Source: a virus | Taxonomy: Duplodnaviria; Caudoviricetes | Strand: one strand, 5' to 3' | IMG/VR virus record: IMGVR_UViG_3300025889_000070 | DNA: 64,000 nt | Shown: positions 17,113 to 25,742 of the stretch, piece after piece | Layout: each line of letters opens with the position of its first letter | Position numbering within the stretch: position 1 is the first letter of the stretch | Notes under the pieces: generated by a model | What the model was told of the DNA's origin: nothing | Database searches by the model: none | Seen by the model: only the letters and a program-made list of their open reading frames with translations | Program-made: the position numbers and the translations under genes

Positions 17113-17146
17113 AAAAAAATGGGGCTTCCGCTACGCAGTTGCCCCA
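17113..17146 (-). terminator. intrinsic terminator
   Basis: TGGGGC/GCCCCA stem with inner CTGC/GCGG, followed by 7 T on the minus strand. Confidence 0.7.
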
Positions 17147-17149
17147 GTT

Positions 17150-17270
17150 ATAGAACTTCCAGTTTTTATGATATGTTGGCCTATTATTTCAACATATGAC
17201 AGTGGTTTATTTGGCACTGCCTCCCGACGTTTAACCGTTCTTACTGTCTCTGGTCCTCTAGGAAGTATAA
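17150..17270 (-). ncRNA. candidate structured RNA between a stop codon and the terminator
   Basis: ACTTCC/GGAAGT closing stem, GACAGT/ACTGTC, ATATGTTG/CAACATAT; no ORF. Confidence 0.4.
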
Positions 17271-17274
17271 TTAT

Positions 17275-17562
17275 TTACTTCTTAGAACCAGACTGGTTAA
17301 CAAAACCATAAAACTTTTCTGCTGCTTCAAGGATCTTGTCAGCACCAGGAATTTCTGGATATTCGATCTTGGTTACCAGATCTTCATCCTTCTTTTCAAC
17401 AGCAATGGTCCATGCACCAAACTTAGAATGGTAATCATTCCAAACATGATCCTTGGCCATTTCGAGAATCTTAGTGCGAATCTCGTAACCGTTTTTGTTA
17501 AAGTTTACTTGGGGAATAAATGCTTTCGCAGCCTGTGCGAAATCTTCGGGTGTTTTAAACAT
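17275..17562 (-). CDS. conserved hypothetical phage protein (GYEIRTKILEMAKD)
   Basis: AGGAGA SD before ATG 17562; ATAAATA at 17615-17621 (minus). Confidence 0.75.
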   Translation of the reverse strand: MFKTPEDFAQAAKAFIPQVNFNKNGYEIRTKILEMAKDHVWNDYHSKFGAWTIAVEKKDEDLVTKIEYPEIPGADKILEAAEKFYGFVNQSGSKK

Positions 17563-17625
17563 AATTTTTCTCCTGTATGTTTGTGTGTGTGTTATGTTGC
17601 ACTGCAACATTTTTTATTTATCATA

Positions 17626-17699
17626 TGGTGGAGAATAGGAGAGTCGAACTCCTGATTCCAGAATGCAAATCTAGCGTGATCCCACTTCACCAATTCCCC
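17626..17699 (-). tRNA. tRNA-Ala(UGC)
   Basis: GGGGAAT/ATTCTCC acceptor with G3:U70, anticodon TGC, TTCGA T-loop, encoded CCA. Confidence 0.93.
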
Positions 17700-17740
17700 A
17701 CAATTGTATTATATGATATTATTATTTATTTCGCAATATA

Positions 17741-18466
17741 TTATGCAGCCATTTTATTGAGTCGCCTAACAACAGCACGGTTACCCGCGTGTTTGTCTGC
17801 TGCCTTACGCATGCAGGTTTCAAAGTGACGTACGTCTTTGACAATCTCACGAAACCGATACTGGTAGTCAGTATTACCAATCATACGAAACTCTAGGAAG
17901 CCATCGTCAGATTGTTTGCCAAAGTTAATAGCACTGTATTTTTCTTCGAGTTGGGCACTGGTAAGACCCCACTGTTTGATATAGTCTATCAACTTGCAAG
18001 GTTTATTTTTGAGATTATTATAATACCGTGCCTGCTGACGAATCTTGCTATTATGTGGCAAACAGTACATCTGCTTGCTACGTTTATAACGTCGTGCTAC
18101 AGACTCGTCGTCGACAAGCGTAACCAACTTGGCAGGATCAATACGTTTAGTGGCCTTGCTACCAATATCCATGTTAATATGTAAGCCAGTGGTAGTATTA
18201 GTTTCCACAGGGTTCTCACGCATGAATTTTAGTACCGCATCTAGCATCTTTAAAGCCTTGCTTAAACGCATTGGCGGGCTAATAAGTTCACAGGAGTTGG
18301 TATACGAATGATGTTTACGTGTCTGGATGCTAACATCGAAGTCTAGTTGCCAGGTACTGTATCCTGGACCGTTTTCTACTTTAATTCCATATTCTGTTAA
18401 TTTTTGGGTAACTTGCTGGTCTGACATAGAAGTAGCAAACTCAAACTCAAAACCCACAGTAGCCAT
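17741..18466 (-). CDS. Putative amidoligase (COOH-NH2 ligase type)
   Basis: VGFEFEF, DVSI, ELISPP, TGLHIN, KYSAINF, LEFR; AAGGAG SD. Confidence 0.8.
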   Translation of the reverse strand: MATVGFEFEFATSMSDQQVTQKLTEYGIKVENGPGYSTWQLDFDVSIQTRKHHSYTNSCELISPPMRLSKALKMLDAVLKFMRENPVETNTTTGLHINMDIGSKATKRIDPAKLVTLVDDESVARRYKRSKQMYCLPHNSKIRQQARYYNNLKNKPCKLIDYIKQWGLTSAQLEEKYSAINFGKQSDDGFLEFRMIGNTDYQYRFREIVKDVRHFETCMRKAADKHAGNRAVVRRLNKMAA

Positions 18467-18495
18467 GCACATCGCTCCTTTGCTGCAATATACGT

Positions 18496-18564
18496 ATATT
18501 AGCATGGATTACACATGTGTCAACCGTTAGATATGGTTGACAGGGTAAAAATAAGTGTTATACT
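18496..18564. promoter_or_regulatory. Back-to-back divergent sigma70-like promoters
   Basis: Minus: TTGACA-N16-TAATAT (18523-18496). Plus: TTGACA-N16-TATACT (18537-18564). Both have extended TG. Confidence 0.75.
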
Positions 18565-18595
18565 CATTAAAGTTGACATTATAGAGGAGAGTACA

Positions 18596-18844
18596 ATGTC
18601 CAAATTTACTATCCAGCAGCAAGTTTTTCTGTTTTTAGGGGAGCTCACTATCAACCCTAACGTTCCCGCAAGTGTGCAAGAGGATGCCCTAGCGTTACAA
18701 ACAAAAATGGGGGATTATGCTAGTATGCAACTGCCCTACTGTCCCAGCGAGGAGGAGTTTGTAGCAGTATATACAGGACAAGCAAAAAAGCACCCCTGTG
18801 CCACGCTAAATCCCAAACTATATATGTATACACACAAGGACTAA
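18596..18844 (+). CDS. hypothetical early protein
   Basis: GAGGAG SD, ATG 18596. Confidence 0.65.
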   Translation: MSKFTIQQQVFLFLGELTINPNVPASVQEDALALQTKMGDYASMQLPYCPSEEEFVAVYTGQAKKHPCATLNPKLYMYTHKD

Positions 18845-18850
18845 CCCCTT

Positions 18851-18882
18851 AAAAGTGCTGCATTTTTTGCAGCACTTTTTTT
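18851..18882. terminator. bidirectional intrinsic terminator
   Basis: AAAAGTGCTGCA/TGCAGCACTTTT plus T run. Confidence 0.8.
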
Positions 18883-18893
18883 GTCTGTTTTGG

Positions 18894-18921
18894 TTGACTA
18901 TATGCGTATTCGTGCTATTAT
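18894..18921 (+). promoter_or_regulatory. early promoter
   Basis: TTGACT-N16-TATTAT, preceded by TGC. Confidence 0.8.
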
Positions 18922-18951
18922 ACATTATAAGTTGAAATTGAGGAGCAGACA

Positions 18952-19302
18952 ATGACTAACTTAACTGAAGATATGGTTGCTGGCGTAGAAACCCTGGTAG
19001 AGACTGCCAAGGCTGACTACCGTAACTGGATGGGCCGTACGGCGGGTGGCAATACTGATGTTCGCAAGAACATGATCGCCGAGTATGAAGGCGACATCCG
19101 TTACCAGGCTGGTAGCAAGTACATCAAGGTCATCCAGCGGAACAGTGTCCACAGTTTTATCGTTAACACTGACAAGGACAAGAAGTTTCGCAAGGGTGAC
19201 ATCCTCAAGCCAGCTGGCTGGGCAGCGCCTGCTCGTAACTTTGCCCGTGGCAACGTGCTTGATGGTGACTTTTCAAACATTCGTTGGACAGGAGCCCTTT
19301 GA
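18952..19302 (+). CDS. conserved myovirus early protein (KGDILKPAGWAAPARNFARGN)
   Basis: GAGGAG SD; motif familiar from T4-like phages. Confidence 0.8.
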   Translation: MTNLTEDMVAGVETLVETAKADYRNWMGRTAGGNTDVRKNMIAEYEGDIRYQAGSKYIKVIQRNSVHSFIVNTDKDKKFRKGDILKPAGWAAPARNFARGNVLDGDFSNIRWTGAL

Positions 19303-19466
19303 TGGAAAAAATTGTCCGTTGTTGTATTTGCCAGGAACTTGTGCATTTTTTAAAAAGTCACAATCCCTGGCCTATAAATACAAAGCCTGAATCAAGGTGC
19401 TGTGGAGATTGCAATTACGAAGTTGTTATTCCCAGACGTATTCAACAGATGTCATCGGGAGTATAG
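19302..19466 (+). CDS. small Zn-finger-like protein
   Basis: CCIC...HNPWP...RCCGDC; TGATG coupling. Confidence 0.7.
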   Translation: MEKIVRCCICQELVHFLKSHNPWPINTKPESRCCGDCNYEVVIPRRIQQMSSGV

Positions 19467-19467
19467 C

Positions 19468-19554
19468 ATGGACACGGATCTTAAACTCATGGCAATTATG
19501 TTTGTAGCAGGTTTTACTACAGGATGTCTAGCCATGGTCCAACTGGGGTTGTAA
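19468..19554 (+). CDS. tiny membrane peptide (28 aa)
   Basis: MDTDLKLMAIMFVAGFTTGCLAMVQLGL*, filling the gap exactly. Confidence 0.5.
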   Translation: MDTDLKLMAIMFVAGFTTGCLAMVQLGL

Positions 19555-19555
19555 A

Positions 19556-20053
19556 ATGGATACCTTGATTTTGCTTGCCAGAACGTTTGCCAGCCGTGCC
19601 CATCGTGGGCAGGTTCGCAAATATACTGGTGAGCCTTACATCAACCACCCTGTAGAGGTGGCTGACATTGTTCGCAGGCATAATGGCAGTCCAGAGATGA
19701 TTGCTGCTGCCTTGCTGCACGATGTTGTTGAGGACACTGATGTGACTCTGGATGACATTCGCAGCGAGTTTGGTGAATCTGTGGCGAACTTGGTAGCAGA
19801 TCTCACTGACGTTAGCCGACCTGAGGACGGCAATCGTGCTACAAGAAAAGCCATGGACAGGGAACATACTGCCCAGGCCAGTGCTGCTGCTATGGTTATC
19901 AAGGCTGCTGATTTGATCAGCAATACGAGCAGTATTGTAGAGCATGATCCCAGTTTTGCCAGGGTTTACCTCAAAGAAAAGCGGGCTCTGCTGGATGTTA
20001 TGTTTAAGATCAAGCATCTGGACATCTGGAAAGAAGCAGATAGTATGCTGTAA
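19556..20053 (+). CDS. HD-domain (p)ppGpp hydrolase-like protein (SpoT-HD/Mesh1/SAH family)
   Basis: AHRGQVRK..GEPYINHP, AALLHDVVEDT, IKAADLISN. Confidence 0.85.
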   Translation: MDTLILLARTFASRAHRGQVRKYTGEPYINHPVEVADIVRRHNGSPEMIAAALLHDVVEDTDVTLDDIRSEFGESVANLVADLTDVSRPEDGNRATRKAMDREHTAQASAAAMVIKAADLISNTSSIVEHDPSFARVYLKEKRALLDVMFKIKHLDIWKEADSML

Positions 20054-20058
20054 AACGG

Positions 20059-20086
20059 TTGACTATCTGCTGTTCCATGCTATTAT
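20059..20086 (+). promoter_or_regulatory. early promoter
   Basis: TTGACT-N16-TATTAT, preceded by TGC. Confidence 0.8.
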
Positions 20087-20110
20087 ATAAGCATGATAAA
20101 GGAGCGTGTA

Positions 20111-20344
20111 ATGCAAGTAGGCGATCAAATTCAGCTCAAAGGTGTGAGCAAACACGGTAAGAATCGTATCCAGCAGTTTGGTACGGAGTTTTGGGTCAGC
20201 GAGATCCGTGACCGTATTCAGACAACCACTCACCGTTCGCTGCCAGGACCTTTTGCAATGGTGTTTAGCCCCGCGGGGGACCATCGTTGGATTGCTGTAA
20301 ACAATGATCCAGATTTTGAAATAATCTTACCGGAGAGCTTTTAA
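20111..20344 (+). CDS. hypothetical early protein
   Basis: AAGGAG SD. Confidence 0.7.
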   Translation: MQVGDQIQLKGVSKHGKNRIQQFGTEFWVSEIRDRIQTTTHRSLPGPFAMVFSPAGDHRWIAVNNDPDFEIILPESF

Positions 20345-20345
20345 T

Positions 20346-20462
20346 ATGATGAATATTTTTTTACGTTGGTTACGTCAGCTGTTCAGAGAGAAGAGCTCTG
20401 GCGCCGCTGATAACAATGTCCGTAGATATAAAAATATGGAGCATGAGGATCTATTGAAATGA
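20346..20462 (+). CDS. small hypothetical protein (38 aa)
   Basis: MMNIFLRWLRQLF..., filling the intergenic gap. Confidence 0.5.
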   Translation: MMNIFLRWLRQLFREKSSGAADNNVRRYKNMEHEDLLK

Positions 20463-20468
20463 GTTATC

Positions 20469-20708
20469 ATGAGCAGCAAGTATAAGCCCAGGTATTTCAA
20501 AGTGCCAGACATGAAGACTCAAGGTCATTTCCTAGTAGGGTTCGAATGGGACATCACTGGTAGCACTGGCAACAGTTACACCATTGAGTTGCATGATCAA
20601 GGACTGGAGTGCAGTTGCCCAGGCTTTGGCTGGCAGGGAAAATGCAAGCATGTTAAGGCACTGGCTCACAGATTAACCACTGACAATTATCCGAGGTACC
20701 AAGTATGA
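20469..20708 (+). CDS. SWIM-type zinc finger protein
   Basis: CSCPGFGWQGKCKHV (CxC...CxH). Confidence 0.8.
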   Translation: MSSKYKPRYFKVPDMKTQGHFLVGFEWDITGSTGNSYTIELHDQGLECSCPGFGWQGKCKHVKALAHRLTTDNYPRYQV

Positions 20709-20915
20709 ACACCGTTATTACCCTGGTTGCTATTGCTTTTCTTGGACAAGCAGAGCCTCTTAAGACATATCCTGCTGCACCTGGTGCTTATGCACAGTGC
20801 AAGGCTGACGCCCATGGGCGGCAAGATTACCAAATTAGGTCCTGAAGAGTGCAGTGAAGAAGACTTCTTCAACGTCTGGAAGCGGCGTAAGCCTAAGTCT
20901 AAATCTGAGGACTAA
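20705..20915 (+). pseudogene. Two overlapping short frames, probably a deletion chimera
   Basis: 20705-20845 signal-peptide-like ORF; second frame GGKITKL... resembles NGGKITVC in 43227..43403 but lacks the N-terminus. Confidence 0.4.
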
Positions 20916-20968
20916 TTAGATATCAGGGAAGCCTATAGTACTAATTAAAATAGATAAATAAACTTGCA

Positions 20969-21075
20969 GGGCCGTTTCAGACCCGGGGATAATAACGACG
21001 CTTAGTGGAACCTACCACTTTTAATGTGTATTGCACATAACGCCGCCCCTAATTGAGTTTATTCTCTGAGCGTTA
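20969..21075 (+). ncRNA. candidate structured leader RNA upstream of the desaturase operon
   Basis: After ATAAATA (20954): GGGG/CCCC enclosing AGTGG/CCACT and ATGTG/CACAT hairpins; ACGCTTAG/CTGAGCGT alternative stem. Confidence 0.45.
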
Positions 21076-21121
21076 ACAAGCATTGATTTATATGTTATAT
21101 AATGTGACTGGAGAAACTAAA

Positions 21122-21886
21122 TTGAGCGAACACTTTAAAAAAATTATCATACCACTGCATATACTATCGTTGTTGTGTATACCTTATTTTTCAACAAACT
21201 ACATCATACCATTCCTAGTAGGATGGGTGTTAATATCTGGATTTGGTATTGCTATAGGTCAACACAGATACTTTTGTCACAATTCATTTAAGACATATAA
21301 AGTTTTCCATATTTTACTTGGATGGCTGGCTTGTCTAGGATCACAAGGATCAACTATATTTTGGAACGCCGCACATGCTAACCATCACGGAGAGGCTGAT
21401 ACAGAAAATGACGTACACTCTCCGTTACATGGAACATGGAATGCATATTGGGGATGGATACTAAATCTTGACCCAAAGAATGTTCCAATGAAATACAGCA
21501 AGAGATTAATTAAAGATTCCTACCAAAAATGGTTACATCAAAACTATTATAAAGTGGTGTGGGGTAGTGTAGCAATATTTGCAGTGCTTAATTTCCTTGC
21601 TGTGGGCGATATGTATCTAACCTTGTATGGGATGATATTGCCAATGACTTGGTCAACGCACCAAGAACCAATAATAAACATCTTTGGTCACATTAATAAT
21701 TTTGGATATAGAAACTATAATACGCTAGATAACAGTACAAACAGCAGGTTACTTGCAATGCTAACTTTTGGACAATGTTACCATAATAATCATCACGCCA
21801 ATCCACACCGATATAACTTCGGGTCAAAATGGACAGAGTTTGATCCAGCAGTCCCATTGGTCATGTTAATTAAGAAGTATTCATGA
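21122..21886 (+). CDS. Delta-9-type membrane fatty-acid (acyl-CoA/acyl-lipid) desaturase
   Basis: His boxes HRYFCH, HANHH, HNNHH; DVHSP, DNSTN; TM segments; GGAGA SD before TTG 21122. Confidence 0.9.
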   Translation: MSEHFKKIIIPLHILSLLCIPYFSTNYIIPFLVGWVLISGFGIAIGQHRYFCHNSFKTYKVFHILLGWLACLGSQGSTIFWNAAHANHHGEADTENDVHSPLHGTWNAYWGWILNLDPKNVPMKYSKRLIKDSYQKWLHQNYYKVVWGSVAIFAVLNFLAVGDMYLTLYGMILPMTWSTHQEPIINIFGHINNFGYRNYNTLDNSTNSRLLAMLTFGQCYHNNHHANPHRYNFGSKWTEFDPAVPLVMLIKKYS

Positions 21887-21959
21887 AGCATAATATCTAT
21901 ATCTTTTATAAAGTGTGCTGCGGAACAAAAAATGCAAAAGTATTGGAGAAAATAGAAAA

Positions 21960-22976
21960 ATGTCCGATGTAGTTAAGACAGTATCAGAGTATGTTGATAA
22001 CGTATTAATTCCAAATGAGGATAAAATTCCTACAGATTACCTTGATGAATTTATTAGGATGGGATTTTTTAGGATTGGTCACAGCGAGCAATACGGCGGA
22101 TTAGGGCTGTCGTTAAGAGATCAGATACTCCTTCAAATGCAATTTGGCCGCACGAAATTAGGGTTTCGTAATCAGTTTAGTACAACTACAACACTTGCAT
22201 CTGGGTTGCTTGATCAATTTGGCGAAGCAGAATTGTTAGAGCAAGTTAATAACGGTACTGTTATTTCAATGGCATATACTGAACCTGAAAAGACATCGTC
22301 AACAACATATGAACGTGTCGACGACAATAGCTGGAAGATCAATGGATCAAAACTTTACATTAGTAACTCTCCCCTTGCTACATGGTTTATCGTGTTTGCA
22401 AGCGGCACCTTTTTTCTTGTTCATAAAGACCAAGTTGAGATTGGCAATCCACATGTTAAAATGGGACAGGAAGAAAATCCTGTAGCTGACGTATATTTTA
22501 ACGATTCAATTTCGACTAAAATGTTAGGACAGGAAGGCCGTGCATTACCCCTTGCTGAAGGTGCATTTACACGGGGTAGATTAATTGTTACTGCCGTGTC
22601 GGTTGGAATGTGCATGCGAATGTGTGACGAAATGGTAGCATATGCTAAAGCAAGAAACGTATTTCAGCATCAGTTAGTGCAAGGACTTATTGCTGATAGT
22701 GTTGCTAAAACTTATGCGGCAAAAGCAACGGTAATTGAAGCAGCAACTAACTTCTCTCCTCTATCCTCAAGTTCAGCTAAGTTGTTTTGTACCAATGCTG
22801 CTTGCCAAGTAGCAGACAATGCTGTGCAGGTTCTAGGTGGATACGGTATTATGAGAGGTCATATAATTGAGCAATTTTATCGTGATGTTAGAGTCATGCG
22901 GTTGTATGAAGGCACAGATGAGATACAAAAATTAAACATCGCAAAGCATTTTAAAGAGGGAATCCTAAATGAGTAA
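21960..22976 (+). CDS. Acyl-CoA dehydrogenase
   Basis: YTEP, INGSKLYISNS, KMG, GR..V, FQHQLVQ, AVQVLGGYG, RLYEGTDEIQK. Confidence 0.92.
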   Translation: MSDVVKTVSEYVDNVLIPNEDKIPTDYLDEFIRMGFFRIGHSEQYGGLGLSLRDQILLQMQFGRTKLGFRNQFSTTTTLASGLLDQFGEAELLEQVNNGTVISMAYTEPEKTSSTTYERVDDNSWKINGSKLYISNSPLATWFIVFASGTFFLVHKDQVEIGNPHVKMGQEENPVADVYFNDSISTKMLGQEGRALPLAEGAFTRGRLIVTAVSVGMCMRMCDEMVAYAKARNVFQHQLVQGLIADSVAKTYAAKATVIEAATNFSPLSSSSAKLFCTNAACQVADNAVQVLGGYGIMRGHIIEQFYRDVRVMRLYEGTDEIQKLNIAKHFKEGILNE

Positions 22977-23427
22977 TATTCCAGACGGTTTTGAACCAAT
23001 TACGTCAAGCCATCCTTTTGGAGCAATGGTTGGGCCGCTATATCATAAAAAAACTGGCAACGGCCTAGATGATTGGGTCAGAGGATTTTTAGTAGAGAAG
23101 AAACATTGTAACCGTATTGGGTTTTGTCATGCAGGAATGCTTAGTTTTTTTGGAGACGTTATTCTTGGACAAAGTTTTTGGAATCACGGCCACGGGCCAT
23201 GTGTAACGATGCGTATTGACAACGAGCATATTTGGCCAGTTAAACACGGTGATTGGATTCAAGGAAATAGCAAAATTATTAAATTAGAAGGCGACGTGGA
23301 AAATCATAACGGAATCGTGCATATTGAAGCACAATCGTTTGTAGGGCATCATAAAGTTATGATAAATCACGGAGTCCACCGACAAATTAATAGACGAGAA
23401 GGCGCCTGGGACGATTTCCCAAAATAA
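22969..23427 (+). CDS. PaaI-type hotdog thioesterase
   Basis: PFGAMVGPLY, HCNRIGFCHAGML...D. Confidence 0.75.
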   Translation: MSNIPDGFEPITSSHPFGAMVGPLYHKKTGNGLDDWVRGFLVEKKHCNRIGFCHAGMLSFFGDVILGQSFWNHGHGPCVTMRIDNEHIWPVKHGDWIQGNSKIIKLEGDVENHNGIVHIEAQSFVGHHKVMINHGVHRQINRREGAWDDFPK

Positions 23428-23437
23428 GGAGACACAT

Positions 23438-23538
23438 AGGATAGACTATGGGAGATGAGAAAGCACTCCTAAACATGCAATTGACGATATCCAAAGGATA
23501 TTAACGCCGTGGACAAGACACGGGGTATTGCTATTCCT
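23438..23538 (+). ncRNA. candidate multi-stem structured RNA
   Basis: AGGATAG/CTATTCCT, TGGGAG/CTCCTA, GCAAT/ATTGC, ATATCC/GGATAT and CCGTG/CACGG nested within 100 nt. Confidence 0.45.
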
Positions 23539-23571
23539 CAAGCATCCAAAACTATAGAACAGGAGATCACT

Positions 23572-24306
23572 ATGGATAGTATTAGCAGAATTGAAATGCA
23601 CGAAAAGCTGGGTACCTGGCACTTTGATTACAACTCGACAGAACAAGACTACGAAGTATTTGGTAAGGTAAACGCACCAGATGATTGGTGGGATGCCGCC
23701 CTACAAGACGCACTAAGCAAAGCGGACTTCTTTCCAGCTGACTATGCTTCGATGATTCCAATTATTGACGACGAAGATGAATCGTTAGGCAACCTTAGTA
23801 AGATGAGTTTGATTCACGATCTGCGTCAGATCAACGCCAAGCCGGATGACTTGTGGTGGGAACGTTTCACTATCAACGACACGTTTATGTTTTGGAAGCT
23901 GGGCGAAGTTCTCAAGCTAAAAGAGTTCGAAGTTCGTATGACTCAACAGCAACCACAGGACGGAGTGTATCTACACATTGACCACCCACGTAACCAGATT
24001 TACTCAAAGCCAAACACAGACTACACAGATATTGAAGATGCGTTTAGTGACAAGAACTACAAGAAGTTCATTATTCCGGTGCATGACTTTAAGCCAGAGC
24101 ACGTGATGATCTGGGGCAACTCACCTGTGCAGCCGCTAAAGCGTGGCGAGATCTTTAGCTGGAAGGCAGGTGTGCCGCACTTTACCACTAACTTTGACAC
24201 AGGGTATCGCTATGCAGTTATGGTGCACGGCGTTTATGATCCGGAGTTCTTCAAGGAAACATTTAACTACCCAGAGACTATAAAATATACGGAGTTCGAG
24301 ATATGA
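23572..24306 (+). CDS. 2OG-Fe(II)/cupin-type oxygenase-like protein
   Basis: LHID (HxD) and distal PH...N...RYAVMVHG; AGGAG SD before ATG 23572. Confidence 0.65.
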   Translation: MDSISRIEMHEKLGTWHFDYNSTEQDYEVFGKVNAPDDWWDAALQDALSKADFFPADYASMIPIIDDEDESLGNLSKMSLIHDLRQINAKPDDLWWERFTINDTFMFWKLGEVLKLKEFEVRMTQQQPQDGVYLHIDHPRNQIYSKPNTDYTDIEDAFSDKNYKKFIIPVHDFKPEHVMIWGNSPVQPLKRGEIFSWKAGVPHFTTNFDTGYRYAVMVHGVYDPEFFKETFNYPETIKYTEFEI

Positions 24307-24551
24307 AAATTGCACTTGAAATTGGTGACGTGTACACAGATCTGCTGGCAAACTTTCGGAGCGCAAAAACCTACAAGGTGACAATGAATCACGACTGGAA
24401 GTGGGGCCACATCGTTCAGATTAACGGGACCGTGTTGGTGAAATACAAGGCTGGAACAATGTATGAATACGCAGAAAAGCCTGTTGTCAATGTCTCACAC
24501 ATGGGAGTAATGGATGGTACTGCACTAGTCATCACTGTAGAAAGATGCTGA
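24303..24551 (+). CDS. small hypothetical protein (cupin-like beta strands)
   Basis: ATGA-coupled ORF. Confidence 0.6.
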   Translation: MKIALEIGDVYTDLLANFRSAKTYKVTMNHDWKWGHIVQINGTVLVKYKAGTMYEYAEKPVVNVSHMGVMDGTALVITVERC

Positions 24552-25654
24552 TAAACACCTCCGACGATATGTACTGGAAGGTAGACAACAAGATTTTCTA
24601 CAACAAAATTCTTGCAATAGCTGAGTCAAAAAGCACTAAGAAGCCAATTCAGTTTCATTTCTACGACAACCACCTAAATAAAAACTGGGAAGATCTAACA
24701 GGAATTCTTAGTTGGGATGATATACTGAAGCAGCGATGCCTTGAGCTTCGCGAAAAGCATAGCTACATTCGGTTATGGTACAGCGGCGGGCGCGACAGTT
24801 ATCTAATTCTCAAAGCATTTACAGACAACAATATTGTTGTGGACGAGGTTACAGTACTGGACTACAACTACAAGGATGCTGAATACAAACACATCATCAA
24901 GTATCTCAAAAAGAACAAGCACCTGTATCCTACAGTTAAGAAGATAACCAGTGTGCAGTTCGACCTGAATATAATGCAGACCGTTTTTGCAAAGAACTGG
25001 GAGACAAGCGCAAGAGCAACTAACTGGCTACCAATTCCACCAATGGGCGAGATCTGCAATCACAACTTTAAGCACGGCTGCAACGTAACGGGTATTGAAA
25101 AGCCGCGGCTATATTTTGATAACGGTAAAATCTACTCAACTATGTATGACGTTACAGTGCTTTCATGGGTCGGCTGCGATAATCACGAGCCGTTCTATGT
25201 TAGCGATAACGTGCCCATCTACCAGTATCAGACCTGGCATCTTGTTCACTACTTAAAGAACAAACCTGAGATTATAGCAATGTTTGATAGCGACTTAAAC
25301 AAAAACTTGTTTACAGCGCCCGCAAACCTGCTAGACTTTACATGCTTGTACTACAAAGCTGCAGAGGGATCCTTGCGCACTGAATATGCTGATCTAGTGA
25401 TGGGTGTTCCGTATGCTAAGAAGGCATTCTCGGACGGATTAAAGTCCAATAAGTATTTGGATATCACAAGATGCTGGGAAGATCATTATCCAGAAATATA
25501 CAAAAGATTCAACAACGCGATTATAAATGTAACGGAAGATCATCGAGAATACTTTCGTGAGGATAACGTAACTGTTCCAACTGCAATCTCCAGCAAAATG
25601 AGGTATATCGATGAAAAGGTCTACCTACCCAAATTTGCACAAGAATTTTATTAA
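24545..25654 (+). CDS. PP-loop adenine-nucleotide alpha-hydrolase-like protein
   Basis: IRLWYSGGRDS; GIEKPRL. Confidence 0.65.
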   Translation: MLINTSDDMYWKVDNKIFYNKILAIAESKSTKKPIQFHFYDNHLNKNWEDLTGILSWDDILKQRCLELREKHSYIRLWYSGGRDSYLILKAFTDNNIVVDEVTVLDYNYKDAEYKHIIKYLKKNKHLYPTVKKITSVQFDLNIMQTVFAKNWETSARATNWLPIPPMGEICNHNFKHGCNVTGIEKPRLYFDNGKIYSTMYDVTVLSWVGCDNHEPFYVSDNVPIYQYQTWHLVHYLKNKPEIIAMFDSDLNKNLFTAPANLLDFTCLYYKAAEGSLRTEYADLVMGVPYAKKAFSDGLKSNKYLDITRCWEDHYPEIYKRFNNAIINVTEDHREYFREDNVTVPTAISSKMRYIDEKVYLPKFAQEFY

Positions 25655-25742
25655 CAGGGCATTGTTAAGTACAGGAGCAGGCTTAGATGAATATTGCTGA
25701 CAGACCTTTAACTACTGATGTACCTCAATATAAGGTGGCGTA

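Noticed and set aside
17150-17270. Lysine or THF riboswitch (AGAGG, GTTAA..GGGA similarities)
   Set aside because: The remaining conserved cores and helix order do not match as far as I can recall them; left as an unassigned element.
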